A stretch of DNA of 63,887 nucleotides, filler included, from Hausera hauseri (lineage: Eukaryota): the NCBI GenBank assembly GCA_046269625.1. It is 11 parts of 11 records of this genome, joined end to end, with 100 filler letters (N's around TTAATTAATTAA, not from the genome) between each part and the next. Parts side by side here need not be neighbours in the genome. Positions count along the whole stretch, not along the records: positions 31,897 to 45,036 come from JBJURY010902424.1; positions 45,137 to 49,409 come from JBJURY010664218.1; positions 49,510 to 59,179 come from JBJURY010314385.1; 8 more parts are not named here. The stretch is one strand, 5' to 3'. A model generated the notes under the pieces. It was not told where the DNA came from. It ran no database searches and saw nothing but the letters and a program-made list of their open reading frames with translations. Shown here piece by piece: positions 37,712 through 52,403 of this stretch (its first letter is position 1; each line of letters begins with the position of its first letter). Both the position numbers and the translations under genes were made by a program.

Positions 37712-39900
37712 TGTGTTCAGTTGACGATAGTCGCCACAAGGTCTGAAGGTACCGTTTTTCTTGGGTACGACGCGTAAGGGTGAAGCCCAAGGTGATTTAG
37801 AATGTCTTCTTATGCCAGCGTTTTACGGGGTTAGAAACTAGTCATCAACGGCTTTTCTGCGACGTGGGAAGAGGTCGCACTTTCTGACGAATTGGTCGTT
37901 AGTTAAATGTTACTATATGGTGAAATGTGTTGGAGGGAGGCTTGAAGAGTGGATCTTTCTTAAGAATTCTTGGGCAAGTAAATCGTTATTAATTGAAGAA
38001 TTGTGTGTCAGGAGATGTTGAATTTAAGATAGTTGAAATTAACAAAATATTAGAACAACCAACAGAGCTTTTCATCAAACGACGCTATCTGCAGTCGACT
38101 AGTAGATTGTAGTGTGACAGAAAATCTGACCCGAGGATCGGATTTTCGACATTTGCTATTATAAACTTCTATGAAAAAGGATTAGGAAAGTTTGATAGAG
38201 AGAAAGTGAGCTGTATTGTGCCAATGGTTTGTAAAATGGCAGTAAACAATCGTTTGGTGATCAAAGATGTTTTTTTATTTTTAGGAGAGAGGAAGTAGTT
38301 AGACTGTAGCTCGAGTGCCAATGAGAAAAGAGACAGAAGAAATTTTTGATGCAAGAGTAGCCTTTAGAGTAAAAACAGCAAAGAATACATTACGACTATT
38401 TAGTGATGAGCTGGCCCCGTGACCAGACATTGCCGTTAGTTCTGGTGGCATTATAAGTTTTTTGAAGGATTTGTGAAACTGGATTGTGAAAATAAGATGT
38501 AAAACTTACAAACTGACAAAAATTTGCCAGCATTGTCACGAAATTTGTTAAAATAGGTGCAGATGGCGTCGTTTGATTAGAAGTTTTGATTATAAAGTCG
38601 ACATCCTATGCTGTATTTGTTTACATCATTTTTGAATTTTGTATAAAAGAAGCAAATCGCACTGCACGTAGGTGAATTGTTACGCGAAGAATTATTCGGT
38701 GTAGAGGGGAATTCCCGGTTCCCAGAAAAGGATCGACGTGACCGGATGATTTGTTTGAGTTTATCTGTAACATTCGTGATTGCTTGACGTAGTGCCAAAT
38801 TTTCTGTGTGTAATGATTTCATTTGATCATTAATGTTTGACATTATATTTTGATTGTGAATTGTTGATGTTGCAAATTCTGAATTGTTTGGCTGTGTAAA
38901 ATTTCATAACTTTTATCATCTAACTGTACCAATTTTTCCAGTGTCGCATTGTTTTCAACGACAGTAAGCAAGGCACGAATCTCTTTGGGCAGTGATTGAA
39001 GAAAACAGTGACGTAGAAGATCAAAGTTATGGTCTTGGGTCACACCTAGAGTGCTTTGTTGGGCAAGGGAATTACGGAGAAATTCGAATTGTTTTATATT
39101 ACCATAGGTGTTCTCATTGAAGTATTTTTGTATAATAACATCAAGCTTGAGAATTGCGGCGTAGATAGAATGGTAGGGGCAATTTTGACGAAGATTTTGT
39201 TTAAATTTGACAAACACGACTTTAAAAGAGCAGGTAAGTAGACGCACAGACTGTTGGCTTTTAGAAAAAGGATGAATAAGGTTATGAGCATTGAGACAGC
39301 GGGCATGAAAATCTGACCATGTTCATGGGGAATTCTGACTGGAAAGAAGGAGAGTTGGATGCGGATTTTGGCAGATGGACAACTGGGTTTGTATGAAGTA
39401 TTTTACGCTCAGAGATGTCTTGATTAAGGTCAGAACCACCAAGAAGTCTGGGTGTGATGGAGATCATTGTTGAAGCAGAGTGGAAGGATGTTGAAAGAAA
39501 TGAATCATCCGAGGGTTGAAATAGAATACTATTGAGGTGAATATAGAAGTTTGCGAGAGGCAGGTGTTTTGCGACAAAAGAGTGTAAGTGCTGCAGTGTT
39601 GTTTCTGTTTGTGTATAGTAGATGTGGTGATATTTATTTAAAACAAAAAAGAAACGTAAGTAGGTAACATCATTCCAGGAGCATGACGTGTTGGTCCCGT
39701 TCGTTGAGCAGCCCACCTAACGGCCCTGAAACAAGGAACCGAGGGTGGAGTCCCGCCACGGTGGCAAGGGATATCAGGGATGGTAAACCCGCATTAGCAG
39801 ATCTGGCTGCATTTTGAGCCAAATTAGTGAGAGCGCTCGAAATTTGGTTGAGTTTTTTAACAGGTACAACGAACGAATTATGCGATATGAGACAGGAAAG
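37712..39900 (-). mobile_element. gag-pol: Degenerate, internally truncated Ty3/Gypsy element (gag, protease, RT start), related to 46529-49409
   Basis: TLGVTQDHNFDLLRHCFLQSLPKEIRALLTVVE matches TLGVTKEHNPKLLRHYFLNALPIQIRALITVME. RT start [25 protein letters not shown] ends near 37712. Confidence 0.82.
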
Positions 39901-40069
39901 TTCAACATCTATTCGCAGATTTTCATTAGCAATTAATGGACAATCCCATAGATCCCACTAGTAGAAAAACTTTTTTCACTCCAAAAATTTTGTTGGTTAT
40001 ATTTATGACACTTGTTAAGCATATACAAAAATTAGCGTTTCTCACTCACAAACTTGTCAGGAAAATCAC

Positions 40070-42305
40070 ATGTTTCCTGTAAGAAACATTGTGATCTCCT
40101 GGTTTCGCCAAGGATCAAGTCAATAATATATTACTTATAAACGTTCAGGATAAGGTATAAAACAGTTCTTTTGTTTTGAGCAGCACAAATTAACCAGGCA
40201 TTTTCTACAGGTTAAATATACCACAGATTGGCAGTCTTTGCAACGATTTTTTTGTCTTCATATGTGGGAAAGTGATCCATTTTGTTATACCTGCCTTAAT
40301 TAATGATTAATAAAGGTGGTTTTTTAGTAGTTGGTGGGAGCAGCGATGGTTTGTTTGCATGAATGAGAGCTTCAGCTATATTGAGAATAAATTTTCTAAG
40401 GATTAACAGTTTTTCAACTGGTGACACAATTGAAAGATCCCTTTTGTACAACAACCATGAGTTCACTACGCATGTATGAACAAAATGGTAAAATAAGTAC
40501 ATATACCACCGTTTACTGATGAGATTATATTTGCATTTTGATACAAGTTAATTGAGCATATCCACTCCTCCCATAAATTTATTATATTCGTTAATACCAT
40601 GCAACATCCTTACTTCAATTTTTTGCTTTATTTTCCTGTCAGATCGTTCCTTTATCTGTATCGCTTCAATACTAACATTGGTTGTTACCAGACGAACAGC
40701 TCCGTCATTAAACCATTTCACAGTTTTCACACCAATTGTTAGTATAAACTGAATACGATCCTCTACCTTCTTTTTACATTTCACGATCTGACTTCAAAAT
40801 CATTTCTTTTGGCAGGCAATTTGTTCTGATAGTTCACAAGTTGATATGTTGGTTTTCTTTCAGTTTCAACACCAAAGGAATGCTGCTAAACAAATTGTCA
40901 GCATATATCTTGTATGGTTTATAATTCAGGCTTTTGCAAAGATGAAAAACAGTTGAGCCTATAGCTCCCAGACTCTCCAGAGTTTCTACTTCCACGCTTT
41001 TTCTTTGATAGATCTCAAAATCTCTAAGTAATCCGGAGTCTGGACACCTAGCCAATACTTTGAATCCCTGTTTGTGTGATTTGTTTGGCAAATACTGTCT
41101 GATTTGTGAAATTTTTCCTTTAAAAGAAATGACTATATCATCAATACTAACATGTTCAGTAGAGGATAGTGCATTGAATTTCACCTTCTAAACCTTTAAA
41201 AGAGGTCTTATTTTCCCAAGCTTGTCTTGTTTATCTTCTGTTTTCTTAAGTTTTCCACAAAGTGCAAATTTCTTGCTGTTTTGGAACCGATTTCGGCTGA
41301 ATAAAAATGAAAATTGTTTTATTTCAGTACTAATTTCCTAATATGAACGAATATTTTCTTGCTGGATCAACCATGTCATTAGACAGCACCCTATGTATCT
41401 TTCAAATTTGTCACAATCAAGCTGCAATTGTTGACCACTTTCAAAACAGTGTCTATTGCTCCTATGACAAATAAAATATATCATCCCTTTACAAGCATTT
41501 GATAAAAATAATAAAAATGAGCATTACTGTCCTCTAGAAAACACTCATCCATTTCAAATTCTCTATCAGAAACTGGTTGTAATGATTAATCAACCATCTC
41601 CCATTCATTTCCAAAACTAGAATCAAGTACACTAACCTCGTTCATTTCGCTGTCACTGACAGAGGATTGTTGACTTTCAATTATTTCGTCATCTTCAGAT
41701 TCTGAACAGCTTTCATTAGAATTAATATTCAAAAGGATATCGTTTGCCGCAAATTTAGCTTGCCTAGTTGGCATATAATAAATGGAGACTTAACCTAGCA
41801 ATAACTTAAACAACTAAAACAAAATTCAACCTTGTAACATATGATCTCTACTTTGCATAACGTTCACACTGATGAAGAGAAATTTATAATATTTCAATGC
41901 AGAGCCTAATGCTTCCTACAGGAAACAGTCATTTTTGAACTTCAGTTATTTACTATTGCAAATGTTTGTTAATGAATGATATGATGTACAAATATCATAT
42001 ATATCAGCCAATTATATTTCAATGTCAACTGCAAACAATAACTTGTTTTATGGTTACAAATTCATTAAAATATTAGGATAACCTGATAAATAAATAGCTA
42101 TAAGTTCACAATTGTTGAAGGCATACTTAAACCAAACACTATTCATTTTTTATCAAAGCAATGTTTTCAGGTAATCATCTTGTATTAGAAGAATAATAAA
42201 TGGCAAGAATCTGGTTATCCTAAAGATTGCAGGTCACCAGAACAACTATTTTAAAATGTCTTCACTTATGATTCCTGTTGGAAACATTGGGCAATGCGGG
42301 CTTAA
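40070..42305 (-). mobile_element. piggyBac-like DNA transposon with a decayed transposase (about 40140-41774)
   Basis: SIDDIVISFKGK..IRQYLPNK; ADNLFSSIPL; YNKFMGGVD; C-terminal Cys-rich tail. One end reads GGGC-TTAA at 42298-42305; repeated TGTTTCC..GGAAACA-like subterminal motifs near 40070, 41908 and 42270. Confidence 0.88.
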
Positions 42306-44694
42306 AATAACAAGGATACGAATTCAACTATGATGTACAATTCATAAAAATTTTATTGGTTTTTATCAGACAAAAGATAAAATTTATACTTGCGTATCGG
42401 GTAAAATTTCCAATTACAATTCGTCATGAGTTCCGTTATCCATTTGACGGAGATTTTGAACAATGTGTCGAGAAAACCCGACAAATGTTTGACAAACACC
42501 TCTATATTGCCATGTATTGGTTTATATAATGTGACAATTAGTACGGTACCGTAATTGGAAATCATGGGTTTTCATTATATAATATGGCTGATTCGTACAC
42601 GGTATGAAACGGATTCGTCGATTGATATCAAAAAGGCCATAATGTAAAATACAATCGAAAAGAGTTAAAGAATTTATCATATTTTATTTACAATATAATC
42701 AATGGTTGGTGAATAATGGGGTAAATTTAACAAGGAGGCCAATTATAAAGTTTAACTTACATGATGCTTACCAAAAAATAAGATATCAGTTAGTGTAAAT
42801 AACCGACACTAACATCCGATGTTTGCTAATCACCATATAACTTACATCAACGCATTTCTCATCAAAAATTCTGCAGATTATAGTAATAAAAATTTGTTCA
42901 TTTGTTATTTTTATATTGCTATTGTGATGATGTTTGACGATTATAGTGGCATTGGCCAATCATTTATCGTTCTAATTCCTGACTATCTGACATTATATTG
43001 ATTTCCTGATACTAGAAAATAATTTACTGAAATTTTCTTCTGTAAGATAATGTGACGTTATATCTTGTCTGCCGTTGAAAAATAAGTTAGCGAATTTTGT
43101 TCTTGTGGATAGGAAAAATTTTCATATTTTTCACTTTATTTGGACATGTAGTCCTAATTTGGACACTTTTATGTTTTTTGTCATTAGATATATAAACAAG
43201 TAACTTGGACGTAAAAGACAGACATTGTCTATTTGTTATCACGATATTTTCAGCATGAATTGTAAGTTTTATGCGATTATGTTTTAATGTGTATGTATAA
43301 TTTCATATCATCCCCATATTGTCATTTGCATTAAAAATTATAATTTTGTGGTACTGGTTGTTTCTTCTTAAGTAAAGAAAGTAAATAAGTAATTGTTAAA
43401 TAATTTGGAAATTGGTCGTCTAGGTCTAACTCTACCTAACGACCGCCCGTTTAATTACCTAACTAAAGTTATAAGATAATAAACCGTAGTAATTAAAGTT
43501 TAATAACTTAATCGAGTTGCCAACTACACATTACCGACTAACAGTTAGGTAGGTCCACATAAAGCTTCTCTGCACAACGATTTAAATTAGACAAAAATTG
43601 TTCTCTTCACTAATTAAGTATTAAGTTATTGCCATTTTAGAAATAAATTGGTGAAGATTAAACAAAAGGTCAAAAGTCGATTATTTTGGAAAATCCAAAG
43701 ATAATCGTTTTACAATTTTAAAATTGGAATTTGAATTTTCGTTGTTCATACAATGCTCAAAAACCAAATTTGTTTTAATTTTGAAATTCGAAATTGAAAA
43801 TACCGTACCCATGAGAAATGTCCGAAAGCTTAATTTTATTTATCGGAATTTTGAAATCTTGGGTTTACGTGCAACATCCGAAAACCAATTAAATTAATTT
43901 TTAAAATTGAATTTTAAAATTCCAATCTACATGGACAGACCCGGAGAATGGATTTTGCAAATTACTGGAATAAATTTTAAATTGCAGCAAAATAGGTATA
44001 TAAGCTACCTCATTTGGAACCCAATAGTCATAAACTTTTTCTACGACATAATGAATATTCATTGAAAATTTTTTCAGAACACGACCCACCGGTAATTGGG
44101 GTAAGTCAAATTTTTTTGGTGTTTTATTTAATTCTTTAACAGCATTTTCAATTTTCATTTGCAAGACTTAAGAAATGAATCTACAATATTAGTCTCATGA
44201 CCAAGATATCAACGAACGAGGGTGAATCTTGAACGATCTAGACAATCAATTAGTTATTCAAACATCAACATCAAATGAATTGGAAACCAACATGGCCACT
44301 GGTAAAAGATTTTTATAACGTTAATTAATAATCAAATACACTCACCCAATATTATTGTTAAATTTTGTTATTATAATAAAATTTGTTTTCTTGGGAATTT
44401 TATAATTTTATTGTATGTTTCCCTCACATTATAGCAATTGTATGTGAAAAATAAATACCATATAATACAAATAACTAAGATATAAAAGGTGCAGGTTAAT
44501 CAGGAATTAGCCGGACCACCAAGCGAACTCACTCAAGATCATTCTATAATATAATGCAAATATCGATTATACTATTTGGGCGTTGAAGTGCGAACCGCGT
44601 TCCCATAACATCTAACTGGCACATAATTTGCGCATATCGGCAACACTCGAGAGGTTAATAAATGCTCAAGAACCAGTAGCAGTAAGAAACGTCG

Positions 44695-44900
44695 GTGAAT
44701 CACAAGTCATACGATATATCATTTAAAGTTAAAGTTATTGAACGAGCTGAAAAAGAACGCAACCACGTAGTTGCAAAGGCAATGAATATTGCCCGCAAAA
44801 TGGTTATTACGTGGCGCTCACGAATGGCAAAATTGGTCAACATGATGGAATTAGAGGAAAAGCAAAGCAACAATTGCAGAAGGCTTGATTTCGGTTGTGA
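44695..44900 (+). pseudogene. pogo-type transposase N-terminal helix-turn-helix fragment
   Basis: SYDISFKVKVIERAEK..NHVVAKAMNIARKMVITWR resembles the Brinker-type/pogo HTH. Confidence 0.6.
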
Positions 44901-45142
44901 ATTTCTATCATTTCGTTTCGATCACGTTTTATAAGAAGATTTACAATATCCAAATTTGGTTCATTTCGCTGCAGATTGGACAAATTTATAAATAAGTTGA
45001 ATTTTGAATCCACAATCAATGGTGAAATGTGTCAGANNNNNNNNNNNNNNNNNNNNNNNNNNNNNNNNNNNNNNNNNNNNTTAATTAATTAANNNNNNNN
45101 NNNNNNNNNNNNNNNNNNNNNNNNNNNNNNNNNNNNAAGTGA

Positions 45143-46337
45143 TTCAAATATTCTTTTATACCCGCGAATTATCCGATACGAGGCTCATCTTTCATTTGTC
45201 ATATATGGTCTTTAAGCACCACCAAACTGGCAACAATACCACCGTTAATTTCGGAGGTTAAACGTTCTAATGAGGGTGTTTTTACCTCTTTATGGCAATC
45301 AAATCATCGTGCAGCAGCTAAAATTTATACCAAAAACACAGCTACTGGTCGTATTGTATATTGCAACGTTACTCTTGACGTCACTAAGCACTTACCGATT
45401 GGAACCCGAACACAGGAGTTATATTTGCATGAAACTCCCAACGCTCTTATCATCAAGCCTTCCGAAGAATTCGGTAACACATTCTCCACGTTGAACGATT
45501 CACCATTTGAATGGTCAATACATGCATCGGGTTTAAATAGCTATGCACAGGGCGTTCTGAGATTTATAACGCGGACTGAATTAGAATACTCAACGCTAAT
45601 GTCGATTGGAAATTTGCAGCAGCAAGGCCTTCAAGATTATATGCAGCTAGTCCGTGGTTTGAAATTAGGGTCCGCTAGAATTTCTTTAACATTTCGCGAC
45701 GAAAACGTCAGAAGTAATGTGCATAGTCAAAATGTTAGGCTTCTAGTCATGGCTAATGCTGCTTTATCGCCACAATGCACATACTTGCCTCCTAAAACTT
45801 ACATATCCTATAAAATACACTCTCATAGCCAAGGATCAACTATAAAAGCTAAACTTTCGAGACGTCAATATGCCCTCCTGGTTAACAACAGGATAACACA
45901 GCTCTTGATACGAAGTTATTAATTATTACTGCAAAAAATACGGCCAAACTGAACTTACACTTATCGACAGACATATCAAAGCAGAATTCCGACATACGTT
46001 GTCAGTTTTATTCGTCGTTGAAACGGGATTCTTGTCATTTCAAATTCCACCGGGAGAGAAAGTTTGGGTTTTACAAACAGCCAAACAAAATATGTATACT
46101 TTACCTGTTAAACCGTATGATTCTAATAGTCGTCAGATATACATGCCCGATAATACGCGTCCCGAACCTATTATTTCTGCAGGTAGCTCGGTTACCACGA
46201 AGTTTGTTATTCGCCGCGGCGGGGCTGAAGGCCCGGCCGCTCACCCTGTGCCACTGGATCGGACGGCACCGTTCGCTGACGCCCCACGACACGCCCCTGG
46301 CTATACATCCACATCGTTTTCTCGCTTCTTTTTTTAA
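45143..46337 (+). pseudogene. Unknown beta-rich ORF upstream of Gypsy gag
   Basis: Frame open from 45143 to 45922, followed by ORF 45999-46337; composition similar to the adjacent retroelement. Confidence 0.45.
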
Positions 46338-46528
46338 ACAAAAAACACATTTACACAATTGCATTAACACACGCAAACACTACACATATCAACAATGCCA
46401 TCTCCACTTTTCTTTGCACATCTGACTTTTACATCACACACAACAACTCTACAATACCTATCGCTGGAACCCTACAATCTTCTTTAACTGATATCTACCT
46501 CCATATACACTTTGGCATCCGTGTTGGC

Positions 46529-49409
46529 ATGAATTCATCGCCAACCATAAACACCACGGATAAAACCATCACGAAACCAAAATCTGTTATACTGCTTCAA
46601 AAACCCATTCCTACTTTTGCTAATAACCCTTCACCTACTACCCCTTCCGCTCCTTTCCCTCACTGCACTGAATTCTTTATTGGCAACGAAGGCTCCAGCA
46701 AAACTTGGTTGCAATTCCACCAATTGTGGCTACAAGTCAATAACGTGACGGATTCTTTAACTAAAGCACACAACCTCCCCTTCTTACTCACTAACAATAT
46801 CAAAACACGAATTCACAACATTATTGAAATCTCTGAACTTCCCGATCCATATTCACAACTCTTCAACGCTGTTCTTAAAATTACAAAACCCTCATTAAAC
46901 ACGATCATACAACGCTTCTTCCACGACAATGATATAGGCACACAACGATTATCAGACTTTTTACGCACCTCTCTAGCACATTTACAAACACTCGGCGTCA
47001 CTAAGGAACACAATCCAAAACTACTGCGCCACTACTTCCTCAATGCGTTACCCATCCAAATTCGGGCTCTAATTACCGTAATGGAGGACTCCACGGCTCT
47101 TGAAAAATGGGCCGAATTATTCGATAAAACACATGACGTTCTACACTTAAACACCCCATCAATAGTTTCGGCGGCAGTTGCCGCTACCGGTATCCGAAAC
47201 AACAACACATTAATACAGCAACAACTAAATTAATTACGTGACGAAAATACCGCACTACACGCAACAATTAACAATATTAACAACACATTACATGAACTTT
47301 CCCTCTCCCATTGAAGGGATTTTGTCACTGACCGCTTCCATTCTGTATCTACAAACCGATCACCATCACCTGCGCTGTTATCTATCTCTTATTATTACAC
47401 CAGATTCAATAAAAGTGACAAAAATGCTCTTTAGGGTGAAAATTTTATAACAACAGTTTTTCTTCAAACACTGTTGTTTGCATCTACCATGCAAGGTTTA
47501 AAAACCAAGCTGCACTTTCAAACAAGATACGAACAACGGACGTGCTACCTGTTCTTCTAATAGTCGTCCTAGTTCACCTTTTCAAAAAAAAACTAAATTT
47601 GCCGCCAGAAGTCAAGGCAAACTGTGGCAAAGGCCTACACGCCTCTTTTGCTGTCTTTACTCTAAAGGCTGCAATCACCGCTCCTGCAACGCAATCCGTT
47701 GATTTCCTCATTGATACAGGTGCAGCAGTTTCTTTATTACCACAAACCTTTCCTGTACAAAATTCACAATTTAGAATTAAGCTCTTATACACCGCTTCAG
47801 GTCAACCGCTGCACATCTCTGGCATAGCTAAGCTCTCTTTTATTTTACAAAATTTACTTCACCTTTCCACTGCACGTTCACAGTTGCTAACGTCTAGATG
47901 GCAATTCTAGGGTTTGATTTTCTATCACATTACAATTTATTGGTTGACTGCAGTCAACGATGTCTGAGGAGTGGCATCACTGGCAACGTTACTGAGCATG
48001 TCAATAGTATTTCGACTACCGCGCAGTCGATTGAGACGCAAAGATCAATTTTGAGAAAACCAAAAACTTCTTTGAATTTTCGTAATATTCCACTCCGTAA
48101 ATTTTTAAATAATAATGTTGAAATTCAGTCGAGGTTCGATGTCGCCAATTGTGGTACTGTCACCAACGTTAATTCACTTGACGAAATCACTTCATCCAAC
48201 ACCATTTTCAATTCGACCATCTTGCATCAAATACCACTTGACTGCACATCACCAAACAATTCACAAATTGCATCAACTACTACTCAAGCCGTTTCACCAT
48301 CATCACCAAATCTCTCACAGTTGCCTACAACATTACAGCAATTCGTCTACACATCATGTCCACGAGTACTCAAAACAGATCGTACGTTTACTCCTGCAAA
48401 CAGCATTGTACATCACATAATTACACAGCATCACGACCAATACTCCAAAAGATACGACCACTGTCACCCAGCCGTGAAAAGACCTAGAAACCGAATTTCT
48501 TGAACTAGAACGCTCCGGCATTGTACGCCGTTACAAATCTCCTTGGTCGTCACCTTTACATGTCGCACAAAAAAGGACGGAACTTTTAAACCATGTGGTG
48601 ATTACCGACAGTTGAACAACGTCACAATTATGGATCTATACCCCTTACCACTCATCAAGGATATCTTGCGTCGCCTTAATTCAATCTCAGTTTATTCGAC
48701 CATCGATTTGGCCAAAGCATACCACCAAATACCGGTGGCACCCGAAGACATAGAAAAAACTGCTGTCGCTACTCCTTTTGGCTTCTACGAGTACCTGTTT
48801 ATGCCTTTCGGTTTGCGAAATGCCACACAGACTTTTCAGCAACGTACAGACTCAATTCTCTTAGATTTTCCGTTTGCGCACCCTTATATTTATGATATTC
48901 TGATCGTTTCCTCTTCGGCCGAACAACACGAGGAACACCTTCGCGCAATATTCCAACGCCTTAACCACCATAATCTCCAAGTCCATTTTGACAAATGCCA
49001 TTTCTTCAAAAAACGCATCAACTTTTTAGGCCACGTTATTTCACCAGACGGCCACTCTCCTCAACCAGACCGAATTGAAGCCCTTAAAAATACCCAGTTA
49101 CCACGTACGACCACCAAAATGCGCAGCTTCCTTGGTACACTACACTTTTTACATAAATATGTACCATATTGCTTTGAATTGACAGCATCATTTTCACACT
49201 TAAGCTGCGGCAAAAACATCAGTCAATCCAGTGGACACATGAATTGGTTGACAAGTTTGATAAGCTACGCGAAGGAATTAAAACCGTCGACATTCTCTCT
49301 TTCCCCAAGCCTCATGCCGAACTCATCTTTACTACAGACGCTTCAACCACTGCAGTAGGTGCTGTACTCCACCAAATCCACAAAGGAGAAAATCAACCGC
49401 TAGAATTTT
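46529..49409 (+). mobile_element. gag-pol: Degenerate Ty3/Gypsy element: gag, protease, RT, start of RNase H
   Basis: gag 46529-47233; FLIDTGAAVSLLP; ILGFDFL; [10 protein letters not shown]...YPLP...IDLAKAYHQIPV..KTAVATPFG.YEY..MPFGLRNA; YIYD (mutated YIDD); TDASTTAVGAVLHQ. Confidence 0.93.
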
Positions 49410-49509
49410 NNNNNNNNNNNNNNNNNNNNNNNNNNNNNNNNNNNNNNNNNNNNTTAATTAATTAANNNNNNNNNNNNNNNNNNNNNNNNNNNNNNNNNNN
49501 NNNNNNNNN

Positions 49510-50002
49510 GGTGGGATTATTGCAAAGAACATTACCGATGTATCTCAGTTTCGGTTCAGATAGAAATGAACATTTGAAATTATCTGCTGTAAAAGCATTG
49601 CTATCTTTATTTCAAAAATTTGAAAATGACAGTCAAATATTAGTTCAATTGTTCAATTTTATTTTCAATGATAATGTGCCCGAAACTACCCGAATTAAAG
49701 CTATTAGTTTTATTGCTACTATGTTCAGAAAAATTTCAAATCACGACATATATATGACACTCCAGGGAATCAGTCAAAAGCTTATCGAATATATATTAAA
49801 AGAAAAATCACACGGATTGCGTATAGCATATTCAAATTTATTAGATTCAATCAACAGTTTGAATAAAGTAAAAGTAAAACAAATTGAAAATTTGGTTTGG
49901 ACAGAAGATATCAGAAAAGAAGAAAACAATTTTATTATAAAAGACTTTGAAAACAGATACGATTTTCATTTAAGTGACGAAAGTGAAGACGAATTTAATT
50001 AA
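49510..50002 (+). CDS. TAF2: C-terminal part of TFIID subunit TAF2
   Basis: LKLSAVKALLSL...LVQLFNFIFNDNVPETTRIKAISFI aligns with the TAF2 C-terminal helical region (IRIAALEAVVDY...LQWLLNMIQNDPVPYVRHKILNML); AATAAA follows the stop. Confidence 0.6.
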
Positions 50003-51289
50003 AACTCTTTTATGTTTTGTTTTTCAATAAATACCTTTTGCTACAAACATTTTATGATTTCTGTTTAAAAGAATTTTTCCGTATTTTAAAATATACTTTA
50101 TTCGCATTTCACTATCAATTTTTCCCTTTGATAATGGAGTTCGCGAATTGCCGTTTTTCTTAATTCACTGCTTGTGAATTTGTAAATTCACTTTAAAGCA
50201 ATGTTAATTTACATTGTAACAGTAAATCGATAAATGTGAATTTACCCTATACAAGTTAGTCAACGTTAAATAAATGCATGTTAATTTATACTAAAATTGT
50301 AAATTGATAAATGTGAATTTACATTAATACATGTTAATTTTCGTTATTTGTAAAGTGAAAGCTTTACACCCACAAAATGCATAACATTACTTTCTTAGTG
50401 TGGAGGCTTACTTTTGTCAATGTCTGTGGAATACCAAGACCTGTGAAGCACAATGTATGCTTATGAGCTCATATGATGGTTCGGCAGTGAATGAAATTAG
50501 ATTGCACTCTTTTTTGCCTCAGTCTCAATTCCACTTAATTTCTTATAAGGTCTTGGTTCAACTTTTCCTCCTATATAGTACTATTTTAATATATCTAATT
50601 TAATGCAGTGTCCTAATTTAAAAAACGATTAAAATTTATTTTTACAGAAATTTATTTGTGTCAAAAGAAAATAAGCTTTACAATTTCTAACAGCTCAGAT
50701 AATAGTAATACAAGTAAATAATAAATACTTAAATTAGTAGAAATTTATTTGTTACAATGAAAGTAACATTTATTAACAATATAAAATAATACAATCGAAG
50801 TTAAGACGGCTTAATAATTTTATTTTTTAATATTCATAACTGTAGGTAATAATTAAATGATCACAAAATCAATTTAGTTTATCCCTCAACCAAAAGTTTA
50901 AAAATTTAAAATTCATTACCTACCCGCTGTGTTTTGTTGATCACTTGGTATCGCATCGCGTCCATTTGGTGCATCGGAACGGTTTCGTTCGATGGCATAA
51001 TTTTGGCTATTCGTCATTATTTATTTATTTTATTTTCAACTGTGACAGAGGGTCAACTTTCGGTACCTTAGACGTTTCAAGAATGTCCATTCGTTGCTTG
51101 TAGAATATAAAGCAAATGTGTGAGTCTGGATGACTTCCGAAATTAAAAAAAATGGTTGATATCCTTTGACTAACGTTTGGCATCTTATGGCCGAAATGTA
51201 ATTTTGTGTGTAGACAACTATCCTGTACATCCGTTTGTTCCAAATCTTAACAACACAAAGAATATCTTTTAGCTTCAAATATCATGTTT

Positions 51290-52403
51290 ATTACACAACC
51301 TTGTGATCAAGGAAAAATTAAACTACTAAAAGTACAGTACAAAAAGCTATTGGTCACATACATACTTCATAATTTGGACACAACAAATGCTTTAATCGCC
51401 ATAAATTTAAAACAGTGCATCGATTTCCCCATGCTGCTTGGTTAAATGTCAGTTCAAACAACATTCAGAGATGTTTCAATAAGGCTAGCGTTTAGTTCCT
51501 TGCACCTTTGGAACCAAATAATATTCTTGTCAAGCGTGAAAATTCCCCACAAAATTAACTTCCAGAAAATTGGGAAGTTTTGACAACAAGTAGAGAAACT
51601 TTTAAGAAATTTGTTGAAGTAGATGATGATCTAACTACTACAGAAATTCCGACGCTGGAAAATCTTACTTCATTATTGTCAATTCAATCAACAGAAGTAA
51701 TAGATGATAATAACAATGATCCACTGTCTTCATAGCCTACAACCAGTTCACAGACTCCGGATGCTCTTGATACACTGTTTGCCTACCTAAATTTTAAACC
51801 TACTGTCAGCATGTCGCAATTTTATCTGCTGGCAAAGCTGAGGGATTGCGTAGAAGACATTGTAATGGCGAATAGCAAGCAATCTACGATAACTAGCTGT
51901 TTTTAAATAATAGATAATTTTCTTTTGCTGTATATTTTGTTAAACACCCTTGATGAGTTATATAATATGTACTTTTGTCGAAACTCCGCTTAAGTGAAAA
52001 TCCGGTTAACATCACGATTTTTTGCGGTCCCTTACTTTAGATCAGGCCTTCTTAAACTATGGGTCGCGACCCCAAATGGAGTCGCGTAGCAAAATTCTGG
52101 GGTCGCGAGAGATTTTAATGTCAAAAATTTTAAATACTCAATTTTATAACATCTAGGTGTGTATTTGTGCAGAGTCACACTTACACACCTGCACACAAAC
52201 AAAGGTTGAAATGCGCGAGCACACGTGCAGCGAGATAATAATTCAATAACACTAACTGTAATGTGAACTAGATTTTTGTTTTTTATTTTTTATCGTTCTT
52301 TTATATTTATATCGGGTCGCCAAGTAACTCGCAATCATAAATGGGGTCGTGAATGAAAACAGTTTAAGAAGCCCTGCTTTATATGTTGAGCGGGTTCAGC
52401 TGT
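51290..52403 (+). mobile_element. pogo/Tigger transposon remnant (transposase C-terminal half and 3' end)
   Basis: QPCDQGKIKLLKVQYKK; AAWLNVSSNNIQRCFNKA; FKKFVEVDDDLTTTE; the end reads ...gcgggttcagctg-TA. Confidence 0.7.
52043..52376. mobile_element. Non-autonomous hAT (Charlie-like) MITE
   Basis: Inverted termini caggccttcttaaact / agtttaagaagccctg; 8-bp TSD ctttagat / ctttatat; internal GGGTCG repeats. Confidence 0.88.
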
